Counted from the first letter of the stretch, positions 25,075-37,928 are shown. The stretch: 64,000 bases of DNA from Callorhinchus milii (GCF_018977255.1 NW_024704743.1:13828001-13892000), one strand, 5' to 3'. The notes: generated by a model not told the origin, from the sequence alone. Translations and numbers: made by a program.

Positions 25075-28005
25075 CAACAACTTGCACTTATATAGTGCCA
25101 TCCACGCCGGGCAGTGTCTCAGAGCACTTAGCAATGGTGTAGCCCAAGGCCGAGCCAGTGGGAGGGGGAAGGTGACCGTAGGCGCAGTCGAAATGTAAGG
25201 TCTTCAGGCTCGACCTGAAGATGGGGAAGGAGGGGGCGAGGCAAAGAGGTTGAGGGAGGGAGTTCCAAAGTTTCGGGGCGTTAGTGGCTGAAGGCACGGC
25301 CGCCGATGGTGGAGCGGAGGATTCGGGAGATACGGAGTAGGCCGGAGCCAGTAGAGCAGAAGCAACAACAACAAGATTCCATTTATAAAGCGTCTTTCAC
25401 GTCAGGAGGACGTCCCAAGGCGCTGCACAGTTGGGTCATGACCCGAGCAGGGGGGAAATGGTCAGGGTGAGGGGAGGGAAGGGAGGGAGCGAGGAGGGGG
25501 AAATGGTCAGGGTGAGGGGAGGGAAGGGAGGGAGCGAGGAGGGGGAAGAGAGTCGAGAGGGGAGCTGAAGGCTCGGTCAAAGAGAAAGGTTTTGAGACCG
25601 GCCTTGAAGGAGGAGAGGGAGGAAGCAAGGCGAAGGCACTGGGGGATAGAGTTCCAGAGCCTCGGGGCTGAGAGGCTGAAGGCCCGACCACCGATGGTAG
25701 GGCGATTGGGGCGGGGGACGTGGAGCAGACCGGAGCCGGAGGAACGGAGGGTACGGGCAGGTAGGTAGGGGGATAGTAGGTTGGAGAGGTAGGAGGGAGC
25801 AAGGCCGTGAATGGCCTTGTAGGTGAGGATGAGGATCTTGAAATCAATCCTCTGGGGGATGGGGAGCCAGTGGAGGCGAGCGAGGGTGGGAGTGATGTGG
25901 TCCCGAAGCCTGGTGCGGGACAGTACACGAGCTGCAGAGTTCTGAATGACCTGCAGCTTGTGGAGGGAGGTGGCGGGAAGGCCGGCGAGGAGAGAGTTCC
26001 CATAGTCCAGCCTTGAGGTGACAAAGGCGTGAACCAGGGTTTCAGCAGCGTGAGGGGTGAGGTAATGCCGTAGTCTGGCGATGTTCCGGAGGTGATGGAA
26101 GGCGGTGCCAGTTGTGGTGCGGATGTGAGGGAGAAAGGACAGCTCAGGGTCGAACAAAACGCCGAGGTTCCTGACTGGCTTTGAGAGGTGGAGAGTGCAG
26201 CCTTGGATGCTGATGGTGTCGGCGCCTGAGGTGCGGAGGCGCTGACGTGAGCCAATCAGGAGGGCCTCGGTTTTTCGCACGTTGAGCTGAAGAAAGTTGT
26301 CTCTCGTCCAGGACTCGATGTCGGACAGGCAGCTGTCAGGACATCGGTCGTGGAGTTGAGAGTAGAGGAGGAAAGGTAGAGTTGGGTGTCATCCGCATAC
26401 ATGTGGAAGTTAACTCCATGTCTGCGGATGATGTCACCACAGGGGGAGCATATAGAGGGTGAAGAGGAGGGGACCGAGGACAGAGCCCTGAGGGACACCA
26501 CATGAGACAGTACGGGGGGTGGAGGAGAAGCCATTCGTCGAGACAAAGTGAAGACGGTGAGAAAGGTACGACCTAAACCACTCAAGGACAGTGCCTTGAA
26601 GGTTGAGGTGGGAGGACAAGCGGTGGAGTAGGATAGCGTGGTCGACCGTATCGAATGCTGCCGATAGGTCGAGGAGGACGAGGAGGCAGAGGGAGCCCTG
26701 GTCACAGATGGTCAGGATATCATTGGTGACCTTGACCAGGGCAGTTTCTGTGCTATGGGCAGCACGGAAACCTGACTGAAGGGGTTCGAAAAGTGAATGG
26801 GTGGAAAGGAAAGAGCGCAGTTGGGAGGCGACAACTCTTTCCAGGACCTTGGAGAGAAAGGGGAGGTTGGAGATGGGCCGGTAGCTTGATAGCTGCGACG
26901 CATCAAGGGAGGGTTTTTTCAGGGTGGGCGTGATGGTGGCAGTTTTTAAGGGAATGGGGACAGAGCCAGAGGAGAGGGACAGGTTGATGATGTCGGTGAT
27001 ATGTGGGGCAAGAAAGTGGAGCTGGGAGATAAGGAGTGGAGTGGGGATGGGGTCAAGGGAGCAGGTGGTTGGTTTTAGGGATAGGATGAGTTTGTGACAG
27101 GGGGTGGGGAAACGGGTACAAAAGTGAGTAGGGGAGGATGGGTAGCAGTCGGAGTGTGGGAGTGAGGGGTGGGGGTTGGTGGATGTTGGAGGGGAAGTGA
27201 CCGCGGAGCGAATTCCCTTCATTTTGGATTCAAGGAAATCCAGCATCTCCTCGCAGTGAAGGTTGGAGGAGGTGACCTGCGCGGGATGACGGGGGGGACG
27301 GAGGAGTCGGGTTGTGGTGGAAAACAGTAGCCTGGGGTTGTTCTTCGCCTCCAGGATTATCCTGGAGTAGAAGGACGACTTGGCCGAGGCTAGAGTGGAG
27401 CGGTAAATTTTGAGGAGGTCCAGCCAGATTTGTCGGAAGCAGCGGGTACTCCTGTGGGGAGAGAGGTTAGAGAGCTTGGGGGGTGCCAAGGAATGGAGGG
27501 ATTTAAACACTAGCGTGAGGACCTTGAAGTCGATCCGCTCTGTGACGTGGAGTTTGGCAAGGATTGGAGTAATTAGAGTGCGGAGTTTGGTGCGGGTGAG
27601 AATGCGGGCAGCAGAGTTTTGAATGAGCTGGATTTTGAGGTGGGGAAACTGGCGAGGAGGGTATTAGAGTAGTCCAGCCGAGAGGTGACAAAGGCATGGA
27701 CAAGGGTTTCAGCAGCTTTTGGGGTGAGGTATTGTCAGAGACAGGCAATGTGGCGGAGGTGGAAGAAAGCGGTGCTGGTCAAGGATCGGATTTGGGGGAG
27801 GAAGGATAACTGGGGATCGAACCTGACGCCTAAGTTGCGCACAGGTTCAGAGAGTTTTAAGGACAGGTCGGGTAGGTTGAGGAGGTCGGGACCGTGGGAC
27901 AGAAGATGTTGGCGGGAACCAAAGAGTATGGCTTCCGTCTTGATGATGTTTAACTGCAGGAAATTTGCGCTCATCCAGCTCCTGATGTTCGACAAAGAAG
28001 CTGAC
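25075..28005 (-). mobile_element. Older L2 copy split into 25075-25364 and 27434-28005 by a younger L2
   Basis: The ORF2 C-terminal peptide continues across the insert (SPHRSTRCF / STGSGLL). Confidence 0.85.
25365..27433 (-). mobile_element. Young 5'-truncated L2 LINE (~2.07 kb) with TSD
   Basis: CpG-rich with long ORF pieces ([36 protein letters not shown]). (ttg)n tail; 45-nt tandem duplication in the 3' end; flanked by cagaagca / cggaagca. Confidence 0.95.
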
Positions 28006-28045
28006 GTTAAAACACACATCCTCATGAGTACCCGTTAATGAACAC

Positions 28046-28420
28046 ATAATAATAATGCTTGCATTTGATATAGCATCTTAGTACGCACCTTTGAGACGTC
28101 TCAAAGTGCTTTGCAGAATATACTGTAAAGTGACTGTGTACTTTGTGGGCGAACCCACCAGCCAATTGTGCACAGCAGCGTGCCACAAACAGTTGTGGAT
28201 TGAGTGACCAAATTTTTATCTTTTTTGTGGAGGGATTATTACCCCCGGAAAAGAGATTCGCTGATTGACTAACAAGTGGGTTCCTACTCACTGCTAGGTA
28301 AACAGAGGTGTTTGTGTGCGTGGATTAAGGAAACTTGCCTAAGGATTTGCCCGGCTGGGAATCGAATAGGGGTCCTCTCCTTGCGAGGCAAGGGCTCTAA
28401 CCATTATGCATTAGGACTCC
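28046..28420 (-). mobile_element. tRNA-headed SINE (long form)
   Basis: Same architecture as 7184-7557 and 39517-39880. Confidence 0.85.
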
Positions 28421-28719
28421 AGGGCTGAGAGTGGTTTAGACACTAAAAGCATGGCTGCTGATGGCAACTGCGGAGCAGAGGAAAGGAGGGACGTGCTGGC
28501 TCACTCACTAAAGAAACAAACATTATATCAATGTTAAGCCTTTCAGAATCATATCAGTTTCTGGGTTCCATTTTCAACATAGACATGTGGCTTGGATTGC
28601 TGGCAAGTTATTGTGCATAAACAATATGCCAGAGGCTCAAAATCAGCAGCATCCTTTCCAAAGTGCTCAATGCAAGAAATTCTTCATGGGAGCCTGTGCA
28701 ATGTAACTCCTCGTATGGG

Positions 28720-29070
28720 CAAGTGCAATGATAATGACCATGTATGCTAACATTGAGATATGGGTAAAAGTATAGTGATATTGTCCATGTGTCCTAACAT
28801 TGAGATATCAGAAGTACCGTAATTTTGACAGTGAGCTAATATTGAGATATAAGTAAGAACATTAATGCTGACGATCTGTGTGCTAATATTGAGAATGTGG
28901 TTAAGTAAATTGATATTGACCATGTGTCCTAACATTGCAGTAGGAGCAGGATGTTGACTGTGTGTGCTAACATTGAGATGTGGACAAGTACATTGATTTT
29001 GAACATGTGTCTTAAAATTGAGATACTAGGAAGTACAATGATGTTGACCATGTGTCCAAACATTGTGTAA
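28720..29070. repeat. Degenerate ~44-nt minisatellite (~8 units)
   Basis: Unit approximately tgaccatgtgtgctaacattgagatatgg..aagtacattgatat. Confidence 0.8.
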
Positions 29071-29157
29071 TAATCCTTGCATTCGATATAATGCCTTATC
29101 AACTGCGTCAATAGAAAAGTGCAGCTGCAATTTCTCAGGGGAATCCGTGACAAACAA

Positions 29158-29452
29158 CCCACTCCACCACACATACCCCTCCACAACACACAACACCCTC
29201 CACTACACACAACACCCTCCATTACACACACACCACTCTCCACTGCACACACACCACTCTACACTACACATTCCTTCCACTACACACCACCCTCCGCTAT
29301 ACACACCCCTCCACTACACACACCACCCTCTGCTACACAGACCACCCTTCGCTACACACACCACCCTCCGCTACACACACCACCCTCCGCTACACACACC
29401 ACCCTCCGCTACACACACACCCCTTCACTACACACACACCCCTCCACTACAT
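29158..29452. repeat. ~19-nt minisatellite (ccctccgctacacacacca)n
   Basis: Visible tandem units. Confidence 0.9.
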
Positions 29453-29507
29453 ACCAGTAAAAACAGAGTGAGCTTTGGGCACCAGGCCTGTGCGCGTTGC
29501 TGCCAGC

Positions 29508-29968
29508 TGTGTATCTTTCTCTGTGAGTGAGTGTGTGTATCTCTCTCTCTCACTGAGTGTGTGTGTGTATCTTTCTCTCTCTGTGAGTGTGTGTATCGCT
29601 CTCTGTGTGAGTGAGTGTGTGTATCTCTCTCTCTCTGTGTGAGTGAGTGTGTGTATCTCTCTCTCTCTGTGTGAGTGAGTGTGTGTATCTCTGAGTGTGT
29701 GTGTATCTTTCTCTGTGAGTGTGTGTGTATCATTCTCTGTGAGTGTGTGTGTGTGTGTGTATCTTTCTCTCTCTGTGAGTGTGTGTATCTCTCTCTCTCT
29801 GAGTGTGTGTGTGGATCTTTCTGTGAGTGTGTGTGTATCTTTCTCTGTGAGTGTGTGTGTGTGTATCTCTCTCTTTGTGTAAGTGTGTGTGTCTCTCTGT
29901 CTGTGAGCGTTTGTATGTCTCTGTATGTGAGTATATGTGTTTATCTCTGTATCTGTGAGTGTGTGTGG
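29508..29968. repeat. Compound (TG)n/(TC)n repeat, unit ~gagtgtgtgtatctctctctgt
   Basis: Visible tandem units; source of the spurious HT-rich and CV-rich ORFs. Confidence 0.92.
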
Positions 29969-30269
29969 GTCCCGAGAGGCAGGAGGTAGTGATCTCAGGA
30001 CAGTGGCCTTCAAATGTAGTGTGGAATGGAAACGGACCATTCGGCCCTTTGGGCTTGTGCTAGGGCCCCCCCCAATATGTGATATTTCTTCATGTTTAGT
30101 CTTTATCAATAAAGTGAAAAAATGTAGGTTAGCAGTAAAATATACCTCTTAATAGTACCAATCAACCTCCCTGCAATTTTCCACAATTTTTTTCTAATAC
30201 TCCCACAATTTGGGGCAACAATTTCCACAATAAACTATGATAAACCCAGCTTATCATGTCAACAAAACA

Positions 30270-30640
30270 TCACAAAGCACTTCGCATAAAATTCTGTAAA
30301 GTGGTTTTGACTGTGTGTTTTGTGGACAAAATGTAGCAGCACACAGCAACGTCCCACAAGTAATCATGAAACAAATGACCAATTGTATTTGGGGATTGTT
30401 GGCCAGGACACCGGGAGAAACTCCTTTCTCTTTTAAAATAGCGCCACGGGATCTTTAACATCCACCTGAATAGGCAGGCGGGATATTAGTTTAACCTCTC
30501 ATCCTAAGAACAGCACCTCCAATAATGGAACACACCCCAGCACTGCACTGAAGTGTCATCTTAGACTGTGTGATTCCAAGTCCTGACGTGGGACTTGAAC
30601 TCACGACCTGCTGACTCAGAGGCGAGAGTGCTACCACTCA
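30270..30640 (-). mobile_element. DeuSINE (SacSINE1-like)
   Basis: Reverse complement reads gtggtagcactctcgcctctgagtcagcaggtcgtgagttcaagtccca...caggtggatgttaaagatcccgtggcgctattt. Confidence 0.8.
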
Positions 30641-30719
30641 CTATGGAGCTAGGCTCAACTCCACTGCCTCTCCAAAAATATACTGGTAACTTTTCACACT
30701 AGTGCACAACCATGAGACA

Positions 30720-32590
30720 TTCCTTCCCTATTTGTGCATATCAAAATCTTTGCGATCCAAATAAATACTCATGGATTTGGCTGGCTTCTCCACAATCACT
30801 ATTGAGCTGACCTAATCCTTTGCTTGTTAACTTTTTTTTATTATCTGTTTTTCCAGGTGGTCCAAGGTCTCTTTTAGCTTCTTTTTCTTGTTTCTGGCGC
30901 TCTACAAGTCAGTTCAGCCATTGCGATGGCACCTTCTTTTACTTGGTCCAGCTGGTCTTTGACTTCATGCTTTTTTACATTCTCATCTGCTGTATTAGGG
31001 ATAATCCTAAAATGGTTTCTGCTTTCCACATTCACAAATGTGGTATGTCTTACTTTTCCTCCTGGCACTTAAGATTACTGTGTCGAGCATATTTATGTTT
31101 TGTCCATTAAATGTGGTTAATTTCTCACAGTGGGTGTTCAGTATGTTTCGCGGGTTTCTCTGAGTTGCTTGTATGTCACATTCGATATGAGATTGACCTG
31201 GGCTCCTGTGTCAAATTTACAGTTGAGATATTGTTTTCTATCAATCATCCACAGGGGCTCAGTTCAGACTGGGCTCTTATCTTTGACTCCAATGCACTTG
31301 CTTGTAGCTGTGTAAATCTACTGATGCTCCAATGTCGTCTGTTTATATGTCGCAGCCTGGGCTGGCTGAGCTGAAATCCTGCTCCTTGGTCACTAATTAT
31401 ACCTGGTTTCTGCTCCAAACTACCCCATTTGCCTCGCTTCTAGGTTTTGTCCTATGCTCTGTTGTAACTGGGGAATTTGTTTCCTCGGTTTCCTTCACCT
31501 CCTGATTGCTTACTCTTGCAATATGGTTGCATGTGTAACATTCTTTCCCTTCAGCTGGGCACCATGTTTTTCTGTGTGTAAAGCCACAGTTTATGCATTT
31601 GTCTGCTGGGTTTTTCTATATGCTCCTTTTATAGTCTATCTGCCTTGCCGGCTGATATCTTCTCTGTACCTGATCTATTTCCATTGTCTCCTCGTCTGTC
31701 ACATAAAGTTCCTGGAGATTGTATCTCGAGAGTTCCTCTTCTTGCACTAATTCTATCACCTGATCCAGAGTTAAACTGACCTCTCTCAGCAATTTATTTG
31801 TTAACCTATTATCTCTGATACCCAGAATTAATCTGTCTCTGATCAAACTGATCTCGGAACTCATCATTACTCGCCTGTTTTGCTGATCTTTAGCAAAATG
31901 TTATCATGTTGCATGAACGTTTCTTTGCCTTCTGGCCTCAAATTTTAAATGTTCAACTATGACAATGGTTCTCCAACTACAATGATAACTTGCCATGATA
32001 ATAGGTAGCGACTGACTCTGCTCTTCAGACAGTCTGGTAGCTGTCTTTAAGTATCCTCCAGTTTTCATAGGTGAAGTGTACCACATCAATGCTCATTATA
32101 CCCCAATTGCTCTCAGTGCACCAAGCAACCAGGGAGGCTGATCTGCTTTCCTACCTCTACCCTCTCCGTCCTCCACCCCTCCTGATCCCAACCACCAACT
32201 CGGGTGCAGATCCCTGAATGTCCAGCGCCTTGGGACGTCCTCCTGACTTGAAAGGCACTACACAAGTGTAATTTGTTGTTGTTGTCATTGTTGTTATTGC
32301 TACTCTCTGTTCATATGGTATAAATCACCAAACTCATTTTTTGTTTTTTCAGTTCTACCCACACGTTGTAGTCTTCACTTTTCTTATAGTTCAAAACTTC
32401 TGACACCATGTGATACATGGAGTCAGAGGCAGGTGATCTTTCAAGGAAGTTGTAGTTTATTGAATTATGGAAAGTAGCACACAAGTCCATCAGTCTCCAC
32501 CTCATCTATCACTGTTAGGCCTTTTATACTAAATGTTCCAGGATCTTTCTGGAATTCTGGCTACACCTGCTTTTATATATGTGTTTACAA
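30720..32590 (-). mobile_element. Decayed Gypsy/Ty3 LTR retrotransposon 5' half (LTR, PBS, gag, protease, RT start)
   Basis: PBS TGGTGTCAGAAGT (32408-32396) directly after ...ACA. gag IRDRLILGIRD..KLLREVSLTL; zinc-knuckle remnant CPAEGKECYTC; protease KFDTGAQVNL (~31190-31218); RT-like VSSIVIVEKP..IYLD (~30750-30812). Confidence 0.8.
32130..32300 (+). mobile_element. L2 3' tail inserted in the Gypsy relic
   Basis: cagcgccttgggacgtcctcctgacttgaaaggcact...(ttg)n. Confidence 0.8.
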
Positions 32591-33603
32591 AGAAAACAAC
32601 AATGACCTGTAAATCAATCATTTTAGCTACGGACATTTAAAAATGGCCAACTTCCGGGTCATCAAGTCACTGTACAAATAGGAAGTGAGATTTTGGTGCC
32701 CAATGACTCAGATGTCAACCAATTTTTCTTTTTGCACAGGAACCAGTTGTCCCTACAAGTTAGTTGGATGCACATTTTGTCATAGCCACCATCATGCCTC
32801 GCAATAACACAGGTCGGGATTTTATGGTTCCCACACATTGCATTCTAACAAGGCTGCATTGTAGTCATCGAAATGTGCTATTTCACCAAATATAAGTTCC
32901 ACCATTAATTCCCAAGTCTGCTTGAAGATAAACTTGGCTCATTATCATTCTTGTGATGCAAATTGTGGCCTACAAGGTGTTAATTACCACCAGTGTTAAC
33001 ATATTATTGGAAAAGGCCAATATCTGAATTCAGCCACTTGTGAGGCAGGGGAAGGAGAGGGGAGAAAGCAAGGTTATTTTGAGGACAAGTTAATAAATTA
33101 AGACAATGACTGGCCTCATTTTTAACCGTCATATATTACAATTTTTAGCTATCAATTCATGCAGTAAAGTTCATCTCAGACAGCAGCAAACCACACTCAA
33201 CGGTCATGCGCCTTATCACAAGTGTTTATGTCACAGTCAACAGACAGTGTGCAATCTAAGGAGTCGATCTAGCATACAGTGTTAGACTGGCAATAGGAAT
33301 TGTAATGAACGAATCCTACACATGCTCAGATGCATCTCACTGCCGAGCTCCTTTGGCCACAATGTGACTTCATGAAAGTCAGAAATTAGCTGAATGTCCG
33401 AGACGAGGTTATTTCTGTGCATCTGCAGGATTCAATCTTTATGGATGTTTATACCAATCATCATTGACTCCGATTCAACTCAATCATTTTTTTCTCTGTT
33501 AAAAAGACTCAAAATACACTTGTTATGAGATGCAAAAGTACGGTGCCATTAAACAGCATTTGGGTGCCCTCGCCCGATTCAATTAAACTAGTGAAAGAGT
33601 TAC

Positions 33604-33698
33604 CATTGAATATGTGGAGACTATTCCGTCGGCATCACCATGGTAGATGTAAACAGCTCCGACGTAGTCATTCTCATTGGGTGCTCCAATTGCAACAT
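33604..33698 (-). CDS. ITGA9: ITGA9 exon ~11 (95 nt): (D)VAIGAPNENDYVGAVYIYHGDADGIVSTYSM
   Basis: Read manually. Acceptor ttttccag|AT and donor ATG|gtaact. Confidence 0.95.
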
Positions 33699-34267
33699 CT
33701 GGAAAAAAAAAGCTCTACATCATTTAATAGCAAGGGGCAATTCTAAAAGACTTTAGAGTTCAATGCATGCAAACCATTCACACAAAATGCACTTGCACTC
33801 GGCGGTCTCTTACTTTATAACTCCAGGTTCTTAGTTTCTGATTTAGGTTAGCATTCACCAATTATCTCTGAAACATACTGTGAACGTTCCCACCACAGTT
33901 GCCTCACGCACCCGGTTTACAATTGGATTGAAATCAATTTGATCCTATTCAGGTTTATTATATGCTGAACGATGGGATGTGATACAGCAGCTCATTCATT
34001 CTGCAACACATAGAAGCATGTTCTCACTAAATCCTTACACAGAGAGTTCCCGATCTCAGGAGACCCCCAAGGAAAAGCACTGGGAAGTAAGGGAGAGTAT
34101 GATTTAAAGACGCACTACTTCTTATAAAATTTTTGGAACAGTTCAGAGTTTACTTGTCAATAAACAACGAGTAATGTCGGGATTGTTCGAACTTCATTAA
34201 ATCGAACAATTGGCCTGTGTGTGCAATCAGTCTGAGAAGTACTTTGAGACAATATCCTATAAATACA

Positions 34268-34405
34268 AACAAAACACAAAATACTGCAGATGCTGGAAAC
34301 CTGAAACAAAAACAGATAGAGCTGGGAAAACTCAGCAGGTCAGGCAGCATCAGAGGAGAAAGGAAAGTGAGTCAAAGTTTTGGGTCCACAACCCTTCTGA
34401 CGATT
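34268..34405. mobile_element. Single arm of a Penelope-type palindrome
   Basis: actgcagatgctggaaacctgaaacaaaaacaga...ctcagcaggtcaggcagcatc; ends where an L2 begins. Confidence 0.65.
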
Positions 34406-35200
34406 GGCTCAGGTCAGCAACTCCTCACCTCAGGTGCTGACAGCATCACCATCCACTGATGCACACTCCACCTTGCTAAGCCAGTCCAGAACCTTGAAAT
34501 CTTGTTTGACTCTCAACTATCCTTTATACCCCACATCTGCTCCATGACCCACTCTGCCTTCCCCCAGCTCCGCAACGTCGCCTGGCTCCTCCACTGTCTC
34601 ACACCACAGACCGCCGAAACCCTCGTACATGCCTTCATTACATCGAGGCTCGACTATGCAAACTCACTGCTTGTCTGTCTCCCCAACTTCTCCCTCCATA
34701 GGTTGCAGGTCATCCAGAACTCTGCAGCCCGTGTCCTCTCCCACACCAGGCTCTGCGACCCTTTCACCCCTATCCCCGCCCAACTCCACTGGCTTCCCAT
34801 CACAGAAGATACAGTTCATGATCCTGGTCCTCACCTTCAAAGCCCTCCACGGCCTTGCTCCCTCCTACCTCTCTGACCTCCTAACCCCCTACCACCATTC
34901 GCTCCCTGCGCTCAGCGGGCTCTGGTCTGCTTCACGTCCCCCACCTTGCTCGCCCCACTATCAGCAGGAGGCCATCCGCCACTCTGCTCCAACCCTCTGG
35001 AACTCCATCCCACAGTCCCTCCATCTCACCCCCTCCCTCGCCACCTTCGAGACCCACCTCAAGACTCTCCTCTTAGACCGTGCTTTCGATTTCCCTGCTT
35101 CCCCCCCGACCCCCAGCTCGGGTCCGTAACTGTCTGTCCAGCACCTTGGCACGTCCTCCCGATATGAAAGGCACTATACAAATGTAATTTTGTTGTTGTA
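34405..35200 (+). mobile_element. L2 LINE 3' fragment
   Basis: Motifs HAFITSRLDYANSLL and LHWLP; (ttg) tail. Confidence 0.92.
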
Positions 35201-35387
35201 TATAACAATCTGAATTTTCCAATTGGTATTACCGCTGATGTTTCATTACAAATTCAGATCTTTACTGCAAAGCAGGGAGGAGGTGAACAATAACTGTGTG
35301 TTCAAAACGGGAGGGAAACTTCATTTATTTATTTTTTTTTAAAACGTAGCAAAAATCGTGACTTGCAGTAGGCACAGAAACACTGAC

Positions 35388-35493
35388 CTGGGAATCCGTC
35401 GTCGTCAATATCCCCCAGCGATGCGATGCTCTCTCCAAAGTGAGCATTGTACAGGCTATCACCCAGCAGAAGCTGCTTTTCCTCCAACACTGC
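35388..35493 (-). CDS. ITGA9: ITGA9 exon ~10 (106 nt): AVLEEKQLLLGDSLYNAHFGESIASLGDIDDDGFP
   Basis: Read manually. Acceptor ctttcag|GCA and donor CCAG|gtcagt; Ca-binding DIDDDGFP(D). Confidence 0.95.
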
Positions 35494-36782
35494 CTGAAAG
35501 CAGGAAATAAGATGTGCTAAGAAGATGGTGAACTCTGATTCACACGTCTAGTGCTATGTGTTGCCCTGCTCATTTCAGGTTCTCTGCTAGCTGTTGCTCT
35601 GCTCATTTTGGTTTTGGGACCCGCTCTCTGCTCAGGAAGACTCCAGACTAATGTTCGCCATGAAAGTCACAACATTAACTGGTTGTATTGAAGAAGGCGG
35701 TTCCCATGACCAATGGATTTGAGCTAGTCAAGCTATGGTGCTGATATACTATGAAGAATTTCTTAAACTTTACTGCTCCTTTTGAGTAAACCGAATTTCA
35801 CATTTGCTGTGGCCAACAAAAGGGTCATCTAATTGCAGCGATTCTCCACTGATGTACCAAGCTTACTTATATCAGCTACAGCTGACGATTCAGCTTCTAT
35901 TTATTTGTGAGATTGGGAGAGAGGCCTACATTCAAGACAACAACAGCAACTTGCATTTATACAGCGCCCTTCATGCAAGGTTGCGTCCCAGAGCGCTGTA
36001 AGATTAATTTACACTCAAAACCATATTGATGGACCACAAAATCTACTAACTTTTATAATCATCATCTTGGGACGTTCTCCGATGTGAAAGGTGCTATACA
36101 AATGTAATTTGTTGTTGTTGTTTTATGCATTCTATGAATTTTATGATGAAGGCAACAGTCTTGCTGGAGCACAGGCTTCGCAGTTCTTGGCCAGGCAGCC
36201 ATTGTCAATGTACAGCTTTGATAACCAATGCTGCCCAAATAAATCAACTTTACAGTATAACACAGTCAATCCTCATAGAATATTCTTGGAAAATAAGGGT
36301 AAAATTTATGGTATTACTTCATGTGTTCCTTAACTTAATTAACAGCAACAACAAACAACAAATTGCATTTATTTAGCACGTTCCACGTTGAGAGGACGTC
36401 AGTTAAGACACTAGAGAACAATTGAGGCTGTTCATGAGTATTTCTTTAACATTAACACAAAAGGAAACAGACACAAGTGATACAAAATCTGTCAAACAGC
36501 ATCTTCCACTCACTGTAATTCAATATTGCAGACTCAAATATTTTCTAGGTCTAAAAAGGGAGTTAAAAAAACTTGACAGAATTAGGATTTCAGGGTGTTT
36601 CTTCAATTCTCGAAAATCACAGCAGTATAATGGTGTGGTCTGAAAGTTTCTATGTTTTATTTGCGCCTCTGATCACACAGAACTGCCATTTTTGTGCAGC
36701 TAAAAATAGGACACCTGCTTAACTCAACTCAGCAGGACTCGATGCTGCCTCTGAGTTGATAAGAAGTATGCGGGCCCATGAC

Positions 36783-37030
36783 AATAATAACCCTTGTATT
36801 TGATATTGCACCTTATAACATCTTCAAGACATCTCAAATCGCTTCACAGAATATAGTGCAAAGTTAATAGACTAAAAGTTAATATATTTTGTGAGAGAAA
36901 CACGGCAGCCAATTGCGCACAGCAGTGTCCCACAAACAGTCTTGGATTGAGTGACCAAATTATTAATTATTAACAAATTATTATTATTATTATTTTGAAG
37001 GGATTATTACCCCTGGAAAAGCGATCCACC
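36783..37030 (-). mobile_element. SINE 3' part
   Basis: Deu-like block and tail, reverse complement. Confidence 0.8.
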
Positions 37031-37928
37031 AATACCCCAAGAGTGCAATGAGGCGTTGTTGAAAGTAGGGAGTGAAAAACCATGCACGCACAAGCTGACA
37101 GAAAAGCGGGTAGAAAGCACAGCCAGCGCTTCATTAGTTTGCAGACTCTTGCCCTTTGGCTACGCGTCATCCCCAATGCAGTCTGGCGTTTAGTAACGGG
37201 GGGCATCTTTGTAACAACGCAAGCATTTTTCACAGAGTGTAATATAGAGTGGGCAACCATTTCCTGATGTTTTAATTAATTAATGCAGCTTAATGCAACC
37301 AAGATGTCTTGTTACACAGGTTCCGTGTCACAGTGCAGCAGCACTAACGACGCACCTCTTCTACAACGCGAAGTCAGTTTACACAGGATGCCTGGTACAA
37401 TATCTCATCGTATGCTTGACCTCTGAGACCTCAAAACACACGTGGTTTCAGCTTTAAAACAATCGGCTTAAAATTCTAAGGCTGTACAGCGTGTCAGAAA
37501 TAATTCTGAAGTCTTAATTTAGAAGCAGTGACTGGCACGTGCAATCCCCAAATTAACAGTTTTGAAAAAAGGCTTCAGACCAAACCAATGTTAGGTTGAT
37601 GTCCATTCCCTAAACTAACTGGCTGATAGTCAGATAGGGTTTGGGTCACATTCACTAACCAATAATTCTAACAATGAATGTATTTGCATGCACGCACACC
37701 CGCGCACACACACCCCACCACCACCACCCCCACCCCTCCCCACAAACTTTAAGCAAGTGACTGTTTTATGTCCTTACGACCGATGCCTTATAAACTTTAT
37801 CCCTCATGGTAAAGTGGAAGACCAGCTTTAGGGCCTTGGGACGTCCTCCCGAAGTGAAAGGCAATATATAAATGCAATTTGTTGTTGCTGTTGTTGTAGT
37901 TACTGTTGATTTGAAAGATTTTACTTAC

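Noticed and set aside
26434..27510. 358-aa ORF as an intact RT gene
   Set aside because: It is a chimera of two L2 copies, 5'-truncated (no endonuclease) and frameshifted before YADD.
28720..29070. CRISPR-like repeat-spacer array
   Set aside because: Whole units are degenerate tandem copies with no unique spacers; vertebrate context with no cas genes.
29063..30109. His/Thr-rich and Cys/Val-rich ORFs
   Set aside because: They are translations of mini- and microsatellites.
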